A stretch of DNA of 64,000 nucleotides. It comes from Ostreococcus lucimarinus. Lineage: Eukaryota. Location of the stretch: the NCBI GenBank assembly GCA_000092065.1, contig CP000590.1; one strand, 5' to 3'. A model generated the notes under the pieces. It did no database searches. It was given only the letters and a program-made list of their open reading frames with translations, and was not told the origin of the DNA. The translations under genes and the position numbers were made by a program. Below, piece after piece: positions 38,123 through 46,987 of the stretch. Numbering within the stretch: position 1 is the stretch's first letter; every line of letters begins with the position of its first letter.

Positions 38123-39550
38123 CTATCGCTGCCCGCCTTCGGCGGACGGTCCCACTTCGAGTCTACGCTGCACCTCCATCAATATGTGCGTCCCGATCCC
38201 CGCGGCGAAACCAATCGCCGTACTCTTAGTCGCGATCGTCACCGCAGCGGTCACCATGACGAGATACTTCTGGTGCTGATGCCATCCGGGTTTCGTCTTC
38301 AAGCCCATGCCAATGAGCTCCAAACTCGACGAAAATAACATGACTCCTAATATAGTCTTCGGAAAGTGCTCCAAGAGCTTCGTTAATGAGCTCCCGAATA
38401 ATAAACCGAGGGCAAGCTTGCACAAGCCGAGGAACACGATCGATCCTCCGCCGCGAGCACCGAAAGCGTACTGAGCCGCTAAACCGCCAGCGCCGTGGCA
38501 CGACGGCATCGCGCCTACCCAACACCCGACGATATTCATCATCCCCACGCTCGTCGCCACTGAGCTCGGCGACGCGGGAAAATCAGGAAACAATTCTTTG
38601 CTCAGTGCACACACGGAGATCACTGAATTTAACGTCGTCAATGGAAGTTGCGGGACGCCGGCGTTTACGATGCCGCGCTTTGCCTCGGACCACGACGCGC
38701 TCAAAATCTTTGGCGTGGCTGGTCCAAACTTCAATCCGCTCAGCGCGCCATCTTTCGTCATGGCCATGGTGATACCGAGCACAACGAGAATAAGCGCCAT
38801 GGGAATGTAGTGACGCATGCGTTTCCGACGTTCGCCATCCGCCTCAAGTTCGCCTCGCTCGTCGCGAATTGCCGGATACTCGGGCGAGCACACATACATG
38901 ACCGCACACATGGCCACGATGGTGACCAGTAGGCCATCCGTGCCAAACATCCCTCGCACCACACTAGCATCGCTCGACGTGTACACCGCGAGTAAAAACC
39001 CTTTCCTGGCGAGCAACAATCCAAGTCCCACTTGCATGCCTTGCACAACCGCGAGCGGCGTCACTTTATTAAACGTGTCCATCAATCTCGTCGTTCCAAG
39101 CACCAACACGATGGAAGACACGAACAAACCGGCGACCATAATTTCGTTGACATTCAACGGCGACTCTCCCAACGCCACCGCCGCGATCGTCTTCATCGGC
39201 TGCACGGGCATGGGTATCTCGTACAGAAACGCCGTGAGCACGTTGTACAATCCCGTGAACACGATTGTCGTCCCCGCGTCCACGCCACACTCGATCGACA
39301 TCCCGACGAGCAGCGGTAAAAAAGTCCCGAGATCTCCAAGCGCGCCGCTCGCCTCTCGCCAACCGAACTCGCGCCAAAACTTTTCCGCGCGCGCGCCGAC
39401 GACCGCCGCCGTCCCGCCGACGCGCCCTCTCGTCGCGCGCAGCTCCGACGCCGTCGTCTCGCCGCGCTTCTCGCGCGCGCCCGCGTCCACGACGCGAGCG
39501 TCATCATCGTCGTCCGCGATGCGAATCTCGTACTCACCCGCGGACGTCAT
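38123..39550 (-). CDS. MOT1: molybdate transporter MOT1 family
   Basis: MOT1 signature motifs PMPVQPMK and FGAMPSCHGAGGLAAQYAFGARGG. Sulfate-permease-like TM core. ATG at 39548-39550. Confidence 0.85.
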   Translation of the reverse strand: MTSAGEYEIRIADDDDDARVVDAGAREKRGETTASELRATRGRVGGTAAVVGARAEKFWREFGWREASGALGDLGTFLPLLVGMSIECGVDAGTTIVFTGLYNVLTAFLYEIPMPVQPMKTIAAVALGESPLNVNEIMVAGLFVSSIVLVLGTTRLMDTFNKVTPLAVVQGMQVGLGLLLARKGFLLAVYTSSDASVVRGMFGTDGLLVTIVAMCAVMYVCSPEYPAIRDERGELEADGERRKRMRHYIPMALILVVLGITMAMTKDGALSGLKFGPATPKILSASWSEAKRGIVNAGVPQLPLTTLNSVISVCALSKELFPDFPASPSSVATSVGMMNIVGCWVGAMPSCHGAGGLAAQYAFGARGGGSIVFLGLCKLALGLLFGSSLTKLLEHFPKTILGVMLFSSSLELIGMGLKTKPGWHQHQKYLVMVTAAVTIATKSTAIGFAAGIGTHILMEVQRRLEVGPSAEGGQR

Positions 39551-39773
39551 CGCGCGAGGGCGTCGTGACCTTTCGCGTCCCGCGAAAAGCGCTTTTTCGC
39601 GTGGATGCTCGACCCGCGCGCGTCGCCGCGCGCGCGGATGCGCGAGGAACGCTCGAGGAGATCGTGTTTAACCCAACCCGTGCGCGTGCGCGTCGCGCGC
39701 GAGGCGTAAGCGTCGCGCGCGCTGACGTGTGTGGACGCGAAATGAGAACGTGGGGACGCGCGCGCGCGCGCGC

Positions 39774-39824
39774 GACGAAGACGAAGACGAAGACGAAGAC
39801 GAAGACGAAGACGAAGAGACGATG
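39774..39824. repeat. (GACGAA)n hexanucleotide microsatellite, about 8 units
   Basis: gacgaagacgaagacgaag... located about 220 bp upstream of the MOT1 start and downstream of the CNX2 stop. Confidence 0.9.
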
Positions 39825-39842
39825 GAAATCTCGCGCAACAGG

Positions 39843-41078
39843 CTAACCCCCTATCTTGATCATCGCGCGATTATCCTGCGCCGCGAGCTCGTGCATGCCC
39901 GCGTGCGCGGCCTTCTTTCGCTTGACCGCAGCGCCGATGACGCGCAAAATGTCGTCGTCCGACGCGCCCGAGCGCATGGCGTCTCGCAAGCTCACCTCTG
40001 AATTGCCGAATAAACAAACCTTCAAATTACCGTCCGCCATGATGCGTAAGCGGTTACATCCGCCGCAGAATGAGTTCGTCATGCTCGTGATGAAGCTCAC
40101 CGAACCTTTGTGACCGGGCAGGGTGAAGTTCTTCGCGACTTCCTCGCGCGGGTCGTCGACGCGCGTCAACGCGCCGTACGCCTCTTCTATTCTCGCGCGC
40201 ATCTCGGCGTACGACACCATCTTCTTCGTGCTCCACTTATTGCCGTCGAACGGCATGTACTCTATAAATCTCACATTAATCGGCTTGTCTTTCGTCAACG
40301 CCACGAAATCAAGCAGCTCGTCGTCGTTTTGCCCGCGCATGACGACGCAGTTCACCTTGACGCTCTGAAATCCGAGTTCGCACGCCTTGTCGACGCTCGC
40401 CAGTACCCGATCGTGCCCTTTCCTCCGCGTCATGAACTCAAACTTCGCCGGCACGAGCGTATCAAGCGACACATTCAAACGCGTCAATCCGTTCGCTCTA
40501 AGCGCGTCTAACCGCTTCGCGAGCGTCACTCCGTTCGTCGTGACGCTCGTCTCGCGCACCCCCGGCGTCCCGCTCACCCGTCGCACCACGTCTTCCAAAT
40601 CTTTTCTCAGCGTCGGCTCACCCCCGGTGAGCCGCACTTTATCCACCCCAGCCGCGGCAAATATTTTAACCACCCTCCCGATCTCATCCGCGGTGAGCAA
40701 CTCATCCTTCGCCGTCAAATCCACGCCGTCCTCGGGCATGCAATACCCGCACCGCAGGTTGCACTTTTCCGTCAAGCTGATGCGCAGGTAATTATGCCCT
40801 CGCCCGAACGCATCCACGAGTTCCGGCGCGACGTTCGCCGTTCGCGACGTCATCGCGCGCGCGGCGACTCGCGGATCGATTCGCGCCCTCGCCCGCGCGC
40901 CCTCGCCCGCGCGCGTCGGTTCCTCCACCGCTCGCCGCGGTGCACTTTTTGTCCCGAGCGCGCTCACCGCGTCCTCGCGCGCGCGTTCGACGCCCTGATC
41001 GCCGCGCGCGATCGCCGCGAGCGTCGCGCTCGCGCGCCGCGCGCCCGGGCGCGTCCACGCGCCGCGCGCGAGCGACAT
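39843..41078 (-). CDS. CNX2: GTP 3',8-cyclase (molybdenum cofactor biosynthesis protein A, CNX2/MoaA), radical SAM
   Basis: [10 protein letters not shown] radical-SAM cysteine cluster, C-terminal 4Fe-4S cysteines (CGGCNRLR), and MoaA twitch domain. ORF runs to 41324; ATG at 41076-41078 (MSLARGAW, presequence) chosen. The internal Met at about 40832 is an alternative. Confidence 0.85.
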   Translation of the reverse strand: MSLARGAWTRPGARRASATLAAIARGDQGVERAREDAVSALGTKSAPRRAVEEPTRAGEGARARARIDPRVAARAMTSRTANVAPELVDAFGRGHNYLRISLTEKCNLRCGYCMPEDGVDLTAKDELLTADEIGRVVKIFAAAGVDKVRLTGGEPTLRKDLEDVVRRVSGTPGVRETSVTTNGVTLAKRLDALRANGLTRLNVSLDTLVPAKFEFMTRRKGHDRVLASVDKACELGFQSVKVNCVVMRGQNDDELLDFVALTKDKPINVRFIEYMPFDGNKWSTKKMVSYAEMRARIEEAYGALTRVDDPREEVAKNFTLPGHKGSVSFITSMTNSFCGGCNRLRIMADGNLKVCLFGNSEVSLRDAMRSGASDDDILRVIGAAVKRKKAAHAGMHELAAQDNRAMIKIGG

Positions 41079-41154
41079 CCTCTGACGTCGCTTCGCGTCG
41101 TTTCGCCCTGTCGACCGGACCGCACCGCGCGTCACTCCGTCGCGCGCGCTCGCG

Positions 41155-41937
41155 ATGTCGCGCGCGCTCGAGGACGACCACGGCTCGTTCGCCGTGATAG
41201 ATCTCGTCGCGCACCTGTACCGCGGCGGCGCGGAAGATCGAGGCGCGCTCGCGAAGATTTGGTCGCGGTACAGCGATGCGACGGTTTCAGAGCGGAAGAC
41301 GACAGGTTTCGAGATGGTGCGCATGCATCACGCGACGCTGACGAGGATGTTTCGAGACGGTGCGTGCGACACGCTCAATTTTCGCGAGCGCGACGCGCGT
41401 CGGGACCGAGGGCGCGCGGTCGAGGGACGGGACGCAAAACGGCGCGAGACGGGACGACGACGAGGACGGGCGAGCGGGACGCGACGGACCGACTGACGAC
41501 GACGACGCGTTCGAACGCGAAAAGACCCGGATGGGGATTACTTAGATATCGAAGACGTGCGCATGACGTGGGAAGAGTTCGTGGACGCGCTGAGAGACGC
41601 CACGGGGGCGTCGGCGGATGAACCGGCGTCGCCGGAGAACGCGAAGTCGTACGACGCGCTCGAACGACCGGTGATGCAAAGAAATCAATCGTTCTCGAAC
41701 TTGGCGAAGGATTTGGAGGAAGTCATCGCCGCCGCGCGCTCGCCCGGGACGAGCGCGGACAACACGCCCGAAGGTTCGACGCGTGGGATTCAGAGAATTT
41801 CATCCTCTGGGATGCTTTTGGGCATCGGCTGCTCGAGCCGCGAACCGTCGCTTCGAGGCGGCAACGCGTTTCACGCGGGCATGACCGTGCGCTCGGAAGA
41901 TTTGAAGAGTCGCCTCGAGAAGAACGCGACGCAGTGA
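41155..41937 (+). CDS. hypothetical small protein, two exons; unannotated candidate gene inside the nitrate/Moco cluster
   Basis: join(41155..41359, 41546..41937) gives a 199-aa protein: [25 protein letters not shown]...TLTRMFRD|[23 protein letters not shown].... Both ORFs are in the track as separate pieces. Joining them removes an Arg-rich tail and uses a canonical GTGCGT...ACTGAC...TTAG intron. AT-rich putative 3' UTR follows. Confidence 0.45.
41360..41545 (+). other. predicted intron (186 nt)
   Basis: Donor GTGCGT at 41360, ACTGAC at about 41490, acceptor TTAG at 41542-41545. Phase-1 junction gives GAT (Asp) and continues the downstream ORF frame exactly. Confidence 0.45.
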
Positions 41938-42070
41938 TCGTTTCCGCGAAATGCGCCGCATCAATACGCGTAATACGTCAATATAATCTATTGTACCTCG
42001 CTCCCGCGCCGAAAAGCGCAGCCAAAAGTCGCTTCGCCCCACAAGTCGTCGGCGTCGACGCGCGCGCGTC

Positions 42071-43447
42071 ATGCCCGCCGAAACCGAAACCGCGCGCAAG
42101 TACCACATCGTCGGCGACTACGCCACCGCGCTGAACCCTCGAAACGACGCGCGAAGCGTGGAAAAATACGCGCGACACTTGGTGCTGCGTCCCCACGGCG
42201 CGCGCATCCAACGCGCGCTGTGCGCCGCGCGCGTCCTCGTCGTCGGCTGCGGTGGCCTCGGGTGCCCGTGCGCGATATATCTCGCCGCCTCGGGCGTGGG
42301 AACGCTCGGATTGTGCGACGCGGACGCGGTGGAGCTGAGCAACTTGCATCGACAGGTGGGACACTCGACGGCGGCGACCGGGACGTCGAAGGCGAAGTCG
42401 TTGGCGGCGCGGTGCGAGGGATTGAACGATGGCGTTCGAGTCGTGGTGCGAGAAACGTTCGCGACGACGGAAAATGTGATGGAACTTGTGGCGGGGTACG
42501 ACTTGGTGTGCGATTGTAGCGATAATCCGAGGACGAGGTATTTGTTGTCGGACGCGTGCGCGAGCGCGGAGATTCCGCTCGTGAGCGCGGCGTGCGTGGG
42601 ATTTGAAGGGCAGCTCACGGTGCTGTGTGGCACGCGAGCGTGGAATGATGACGATGAATCGTTTGGGGAGTTTGCGCCCGCACCGTGTTATCGATGTTTG
42701 TTTCCGACGCCGCCGGCGTCGGGAGACGCCGGGACGTGCGGGGCGTCTGGCGTGCTCGGACCGCTGCCTGGCATCGTGGGTACTTTTCAAGCGCTCGAGG
42801 CCATGAAAACGCTGGCTGGGGTAGGGGAGTCCATGCGAGGAAAAATGTTAACGTTCGACGCGTTGAGCGCGAGACCGACGATGACGTTGAACATGCGGGA
42901 ACAGCGAGACGCCGCGTGCGCGTGTTGCTCGACGTTGACGTCTCACGACGGACGCTTCGACGTCGCGACGTACGATTACGACGCTTTCTTATCGTCGACG
43001 CCGTGTCCGATGCGCGGAAGAAAAGCGAGACGCGGTGGCGTTGATGTGAACGCGCCGCCGAAGTTTGGGGCGCGAGAAATGCCGGAGCGCGGCGGCGGCG
43101 GCTGGCGACGCGTGGATGCGAAAGCGGCGACGACGTACGTCAAAGATGAGGGCGTCACCGTAGTCGACGTGCGTCCCAAGCACATGTACGACGCAGCGCA
43201 CATACCTGGATCTATTTCGTTACCAATAGAAACGCTCGACGTCGAGACGTGGAACGGCGCCGTGGGCGCGGCGGTTGAAGGATACCGTCTGTGCTTCGTG
43301 TGCGCGGGAGGCAACAACAGCCAAAGAGCGGCGCAATGGTTCGTGGACGCGAAAGTCGCCACCGCTGCCCCGGCGAGCGTCGTCGACGTTTGTGGCGGTC
43401 TCGCCGCGATGCGCGACGCGGGCTACGACGTCCCGAGACTCGATTGA
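42071..43447 (+). CDS. CNX5: adenylyltransferase and sulfurtransferase MOCS3/CNX5 (MoeB/ThiF E1-like domain + rhodanese domain)
   Basis: E1-like nucleotide-binding VLVVGCGGLGCPCAIYLAASGVGTLGLCDADAVELSNLHRQ, CxxC zinc motif, C-terminal rhodanese with active-site CFVCAGGNNSQRA. 458 aa. Confidence 0.9.
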   Translation: MPAETETARKYHIVGDYATALNPRNDARSVEKYARHLVLRPHGARIQRALCAARVLVVGCGGLGCPCAIYLAASGVGTLGLCDADAVELSNLHRQVGHSTAATGTSKAKSLAARCEGLNDGVRVVVRETFATTENVMELVAGYDLVCDCSDNPRTRYLLSDACASAEIPLVSAACVGFEGQLTVLCGTRAWNDDDESFGEFAPAPCYRCLFPTPPASGDAGTCGASGVLGPLPGIVGTFQALEAMKTLAGVGESMRGKMLTFDALSARPTMTLNMREQRDAACACCSTLTSHDGRFDVATYDYDAFLSSTPCPMRGRKARRGGVDVNAPPKFGAREMPERGGGGWRRVDAKAATTYVKDEGVTVVDVRPKHMYDAAHIPGSISLPIETLDVETWNGAVGAAVEGYRLCFVCAGGNNSQRAAQWFVDAKVATAAPASVVDVCGGLAAMRDAGYDVPRLD

Positions 43448-43655
43448 TTAAAATTGTTTCAACGCGCGGCGAGCACTTTATTTCTACAACAACACGCCTA
43501 CGATTCCACGCGCGCTTGCACGATCTCCGGTCGTTCACCCTTGGATTCCGCGGTTTGCATCGTCGCGAGCGCCGCCTCGACGACGCCCTCGGTGAGTTCG
43601 CCGCTCGCGCTCATCGCGTCCACCACCTCCTGCGCCTCTTCGGGCGATTGCGAGT

Positions 43656-44339
43656 TCAGAACTTTGTAGTAATTCGAAAAGTCGCGGCGACGATCGCCCC
43701 ACCCACGATTCGCCGCCACCACCGTCCACGCCGCGGCTTCTCGCCCTTATCCGACGCGGCGTCGCGCGTCGAGAGCGCGACCTCCGCGACGACGTCCTCT
43801 TCCGACCGCCCCTGCGGGCATCCGTTCGCCTCGAGATATCGCAACACGCCCTCGCTCGCGCCGCCCGCGTACTTGACCCAAAAGTCTCTGTCTTTCGCCA
43901 ACCACGCCGGCACCGGCGACGCGCGCGTCGTCGTCTCGCGCTCCGTCTCCGCCTCCGTCTCCGCCTCCGCCTCCGCCTCCGCCTCCGCGTCGCCCTCGCG
44001 CGTCACCACCCCGATCTGAAAATCTCTCAGCTGCGTCCACGCCCGCGCGCTGTGAATCTCCTCGAACTCATCGCTCGCCTCTTTCCCGAGCGCCCGCGCG
44101 ATCGCCAGCGCCGTCGACACCTGCCCCGCGTTGTTGAATCCCGGGTGCGTCGTCGCGAACGCCGTGATGTCGAACACGCGCTCGCGCACCACGATCCATC
44201 CGTCCGCGAGGCGCGCGTGCGCCGCGACGTCCTCGCGCGTGTACTTTCGCCACCTCGCGCGCTCGTCGTCCGTCGGCGCGCGCCGGAGCGCGTCGACGAC
44301 GGCGAGGTCGACGGCGACGTCGCGCCCGGACGCGTGCAT
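43656..44339 (-). CDS. cytochrome b5-domain protein with nitrate-reductase-type heme domain and a short hydrophobic C-terminal tail (possible tail anchor)
   Basis: Heme domain YTREDVAAHARLADGWIVVRERVFDITAFATTHPGF...EIHSARAWTQLRDFQIGVV parallels the NIA cyt b5 domain ([38 protein letters not shown]...[19 protein letters not shown]). (AE)n linker. C-terminal RWWRRIVGGAIVAATFRITTKF. ATG at 44337-44339. The ORF upstream of it overlaps NR2 exon 1 and is discounted. Confidence 0.65.
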   Translation of the reverse strand: MHASGRDVAVDLAVVDALRRAPTDDERARWRKYTREDVAAHARLADGWIVVRERVFDITAFATTHPGFNNAGQVSTALAIARALGKEASDEFEEIHSARAWTQLRDFQIGVVTREGDAEAEAEAEAETEAETERETTTRASPVPAWLAKDRDFWVKYAGGASEGVLRYLEANGCPQGRSEEDVVAEVALSTRDAASDKGEKPRRGRWWRRIVGGAIVAATFRITTKF

Positions 44340-44658
44340 CGTCGCGCCGTTCGAGCGCGGACGACCGGACGCGTCGTCGGCGGCGCGCGGACGCGCGGCC
44401 GCGCGCGCGCGGACGCGTCGCGCGTCGCGCGCGCGCGTCGCGCGTCGCGTCGTGGCGCGACGACGTCGACGGGCGCGAAGCGTCACTTTGGTAAAAAAGG
44501 AAAAAATGCGTATGGGCAAACAGTATGACGCTTCGGCGACGCTTGGAGATTCCGAAACGACTCGGTCGACGGCTGGCGTCGACGCGACGCGACGCGCACA
44601 ACGCGGCCCTCGCGCGGTCGACGCGGCGTCGCGAGACTCGAAGCGTCGTCGTCGAGTC
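44340..44658. promoter_or_regulatory. divergent intergenic/promoter region between the cyt b5 gene (-) and NR2 (+)
   Basis: 319 bp with an A-rich stretch (ggtaaaaaaggaaaaaatg) and the 16-mer cgtatgggcaaacagt (44509-44524), also found in the NIA/NII divergent region. Confidence 0.55.
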
Positions 44659-46324
44659 ATGGCGAACGCCGTCGTCGCGATCGTCGCCGCGGGCGCGGGC
44701 GCGTTCGCGGGCAAGCTGCTCGACGGGAAAAAGCGCGAGACGTCGCGAGGCGCGGACGACGCGGACGACGTCGACTTTAAGACGGACGCGAAGTCCAACG
44801 TCGATCACGCGGCGGCGGCGAAAAAGCATCAGTACCTGGCGCAGAAGTACCCGGAGGTGGACGAGCGAGACTTGAAGACGCCGGATAATTGGGTGAAGAG
44901 GCATCCGTGCGTGCGAGACGCGAGGCGACGCGAACGCGGGACGACGAGGACGCGGCGAACGACGACGGCGCGCGTGACTGACGGTGGTTTGCGTCGATCG
45001 TGGTGATAGGAATTTGATTCGTCTGACCGGGAAACACCCGTTTAACGTCGAGGCGTCGCTTCCGGAGTTGTATGATTACGGATTCATCTCGCCGGTGAAC
45101 TTGCACATCGTGCGGAATCACGGCGCGGTGCCGAAGTGCGATTGGGACACGCACAAGATTAACATTTGTGGCAACGTCCCGAAACCGTTCGAGATCGGTA
45201 TGGACGAGTTGGTGAAAATGCCGAGCGACACGTTCCCGTGCTTGGTGGTGTGCGCGGGGAACCGTCGGAAGGAACAAAACTTGGTCAAGTCGTCGATTGG
45301 GTTCTCGTGGGGGCCGTGCGCCATCGGAAACACGTACTGGACGGGCGTACCGCTGCGAGTGTTGCTCAACAGAGCGGGCATTCATAAGCCCGGTCCGGGT
45401 GCGCGATACGTGTGCTTGGCTGGTCCGCAAAACGAATTGCCGAAGGACTACCCCGATCAAGACGGTGGTCCGGGATCGTACGGCACATCCATCGACATGG
45501 AAACCGCGCTCGATCCGACGTGCGATGTCATTGTGGCGTACGAACAAAACGGTGCCAAGCTTCACCCAGACCATGGATTCCCAGTGCGGGTGATCATTCC
45601 CGGTTACATCGGTGGGCGCATGATAAAGTTTTTGAAGGAGATTAAAGTCACCGACAGAGAGTCAAACAACTTTTATCACTTCAACGATAACCGCGTGTTA
45701 CCGCCGCCAGTTGACGCTGAGCGCGCGACCGAGGAGGGATGGTGGTTCAAGCCCGAGTTCATCATCAACCAACTCAACATTAACGGTGCCATCGCGTACC
45801 CGGCGCCCGAAGAAGTCATTCCCAAGTCGCAAAAGACGTACGCCTTCAAAGGTTACGCCTACTCTGGCGGCGGTCGCAAGGTCATTCGCGCCGAGCTTTC
45901 CTTCGATCAAGGCTTGAGCTGGGAATTGAGTGATATTCACACTCGCGAAGAACCGCGATGGGCCGATTTCAGCTCCGGTGACAAGGCCAGGCACTGGTGC
46001 TGGTGCATGTGGACTCTCGAAGTGCCGATTGAGAAGCTCCTCGACAAAAAGTGCGTCGAAGTGTGCTTCCGCGCCGTCGATCAATCCATGAACAAAATGG
46101 ACGAGCGCCCGACGTGGAACGTCATGGGTATGTTGAACAACCCGTGGTACCGCGTCCGCATCCACCACACGCCCACGGGCGACGTTCGCGTGGAGCATCC
46201 GTGCATCGCCGGTCCGACCCCCGGCGGCTGGATGCAAAAGATGGCGGCTAAGGAACCCACCGGAGAACTTCTCTGGGGCTGGGGCGGCCAAGGCACGCCG
46301 GCCGCGCCCCCGAGAGAAGAATAA
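44659..46324 (+). CDS. nitrate-reductase-like molybdopterin oxidoreductase (Moco + dimerisation domains only), two exons, N-terminal hydrophobic segment
   Basis: join(44659..44906, 45010..46324), 520 aa. Exon 1 MANAVVAIVAAGAGAFAGKLL...KTPDNWVKRHP is spliced to NLIRLTGKHPFN..., which aligns residue-for-residue with the NIA N-terminus ([23 protein letters not shown]). [10 protein letters not shown] and [17 protein letters not shown] conserved. Ends at the position of NR hinge 1; no cyt b5 or FAD domain. An in-frame upstream ATG at 44506 (MRMGKQ...) is an alternative start. Confidence 0.8.
44907..45009 (+). other. intron (103 nt) of the NR-like Moco gene
   Basis: Donor GTGCGT at 44907, GACTGAC at about 44975, acceptor GATAG at 45009. 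The splice joins two track ORFs (44131..45006 and 44984..46324) into a continuous NR-homologous sequence. Confidence 0.8.
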
Positions 46325-46485
46325 ATTATTCGTGATGTTTTTCGATTTATTATGACCTCGTGTAAGATTATCACCATCATTCCTTAAGTCTCTCTCTCTT
46401 CGCCGTCGACGCTCGGCGTCGACGCTCGCGCGCCTCACACGCAGCCTCGCGTCCGACTTCGCTTCATCCCACGACCGCGCGCGCG

Positions 46486-46767
46486 ATGGATCTCATATTC
46501 ATCCTCCGTCAATACATCGGCATCGTCCTCTCCATGGCCGCCTTCGCCGGCTTCGCCTTCTGCACCAAACTCGAGCGACGCTTCGACCTCGACCAAACCA
46601 AAATCATTCACGTCTCCGTCGGTCTCGCCGTCGTCGGCCTGCTGTTCCACGAACTGCGCCCGTACAAGCGACAGGCTGGATTGACGTTTAGCAAAGAGCA
46701 GGCCGAGGAGGAGTGGAAGGCGCGCGAGGAGGAGATCGCCGCGGCGAAGACGAAGAAGAAAAAGTAA
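46486..46767 (+). CDS. small two-TM membrane protein with Lys/Glu-rich C-terminus (hypothetical)
   Basis: 93 aa with ATG at 46486. Two hydrophobic helices (IGIVLSMAAFAGFAF; IIHVSVGLAVVGLLF). Non-biased composition. Followed by a TGTAA-containing 3' region. Confidence 0.45.
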   Translation: MDLIFILRQYIGIVLSMAAFAGFAFCTKLERRFDLDQTKIIHVSVGLAVVGLLFHELRPYKRQAGLTFSKEQAEEEWKAREEEIAAAKTKKKK

Positions 46768-46987
46768 CTTTTCGACGGCGCGCGCGGGACGCGTCGAGTT
46801 CGCCGCTCGAGCGGCGCGGCGCGGCGTCGCGACGCGCGTAGGTTGTAATTCGATTAGCGTCGCGCTCGCGCGCCGCGCGTCCGTCCGCGTCGTCGTCGAC
46901 GGCGTCCGCGAGGCTTCGGGCGCGACGTCGACCCCGCGCCAAGGGACACGAAGAGGCGCGAGGAGACGGCACTCCGCGCCGCGACGC

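Noticed and set aside
35502-41545. The two longer introns (NAR2 223 nt; novel gene 186 nt) as copies of an introner element.
   Set aside because: Apart from the shared splice signals (GTGCGT, ACTGAC, YAG) they share no internal sequence similarity.
44131-44658. Long upstream extension of the NR2 exon-1 ORF (MLNPGCVVANAV...) as coding.
   Set aside because: It is Arg/Ser-rich and overlaps the cyt b5 gene on the other strand. Only the ATGs at 44506 or 44659 are plausible starts. Homology to NIA begins after 44659.
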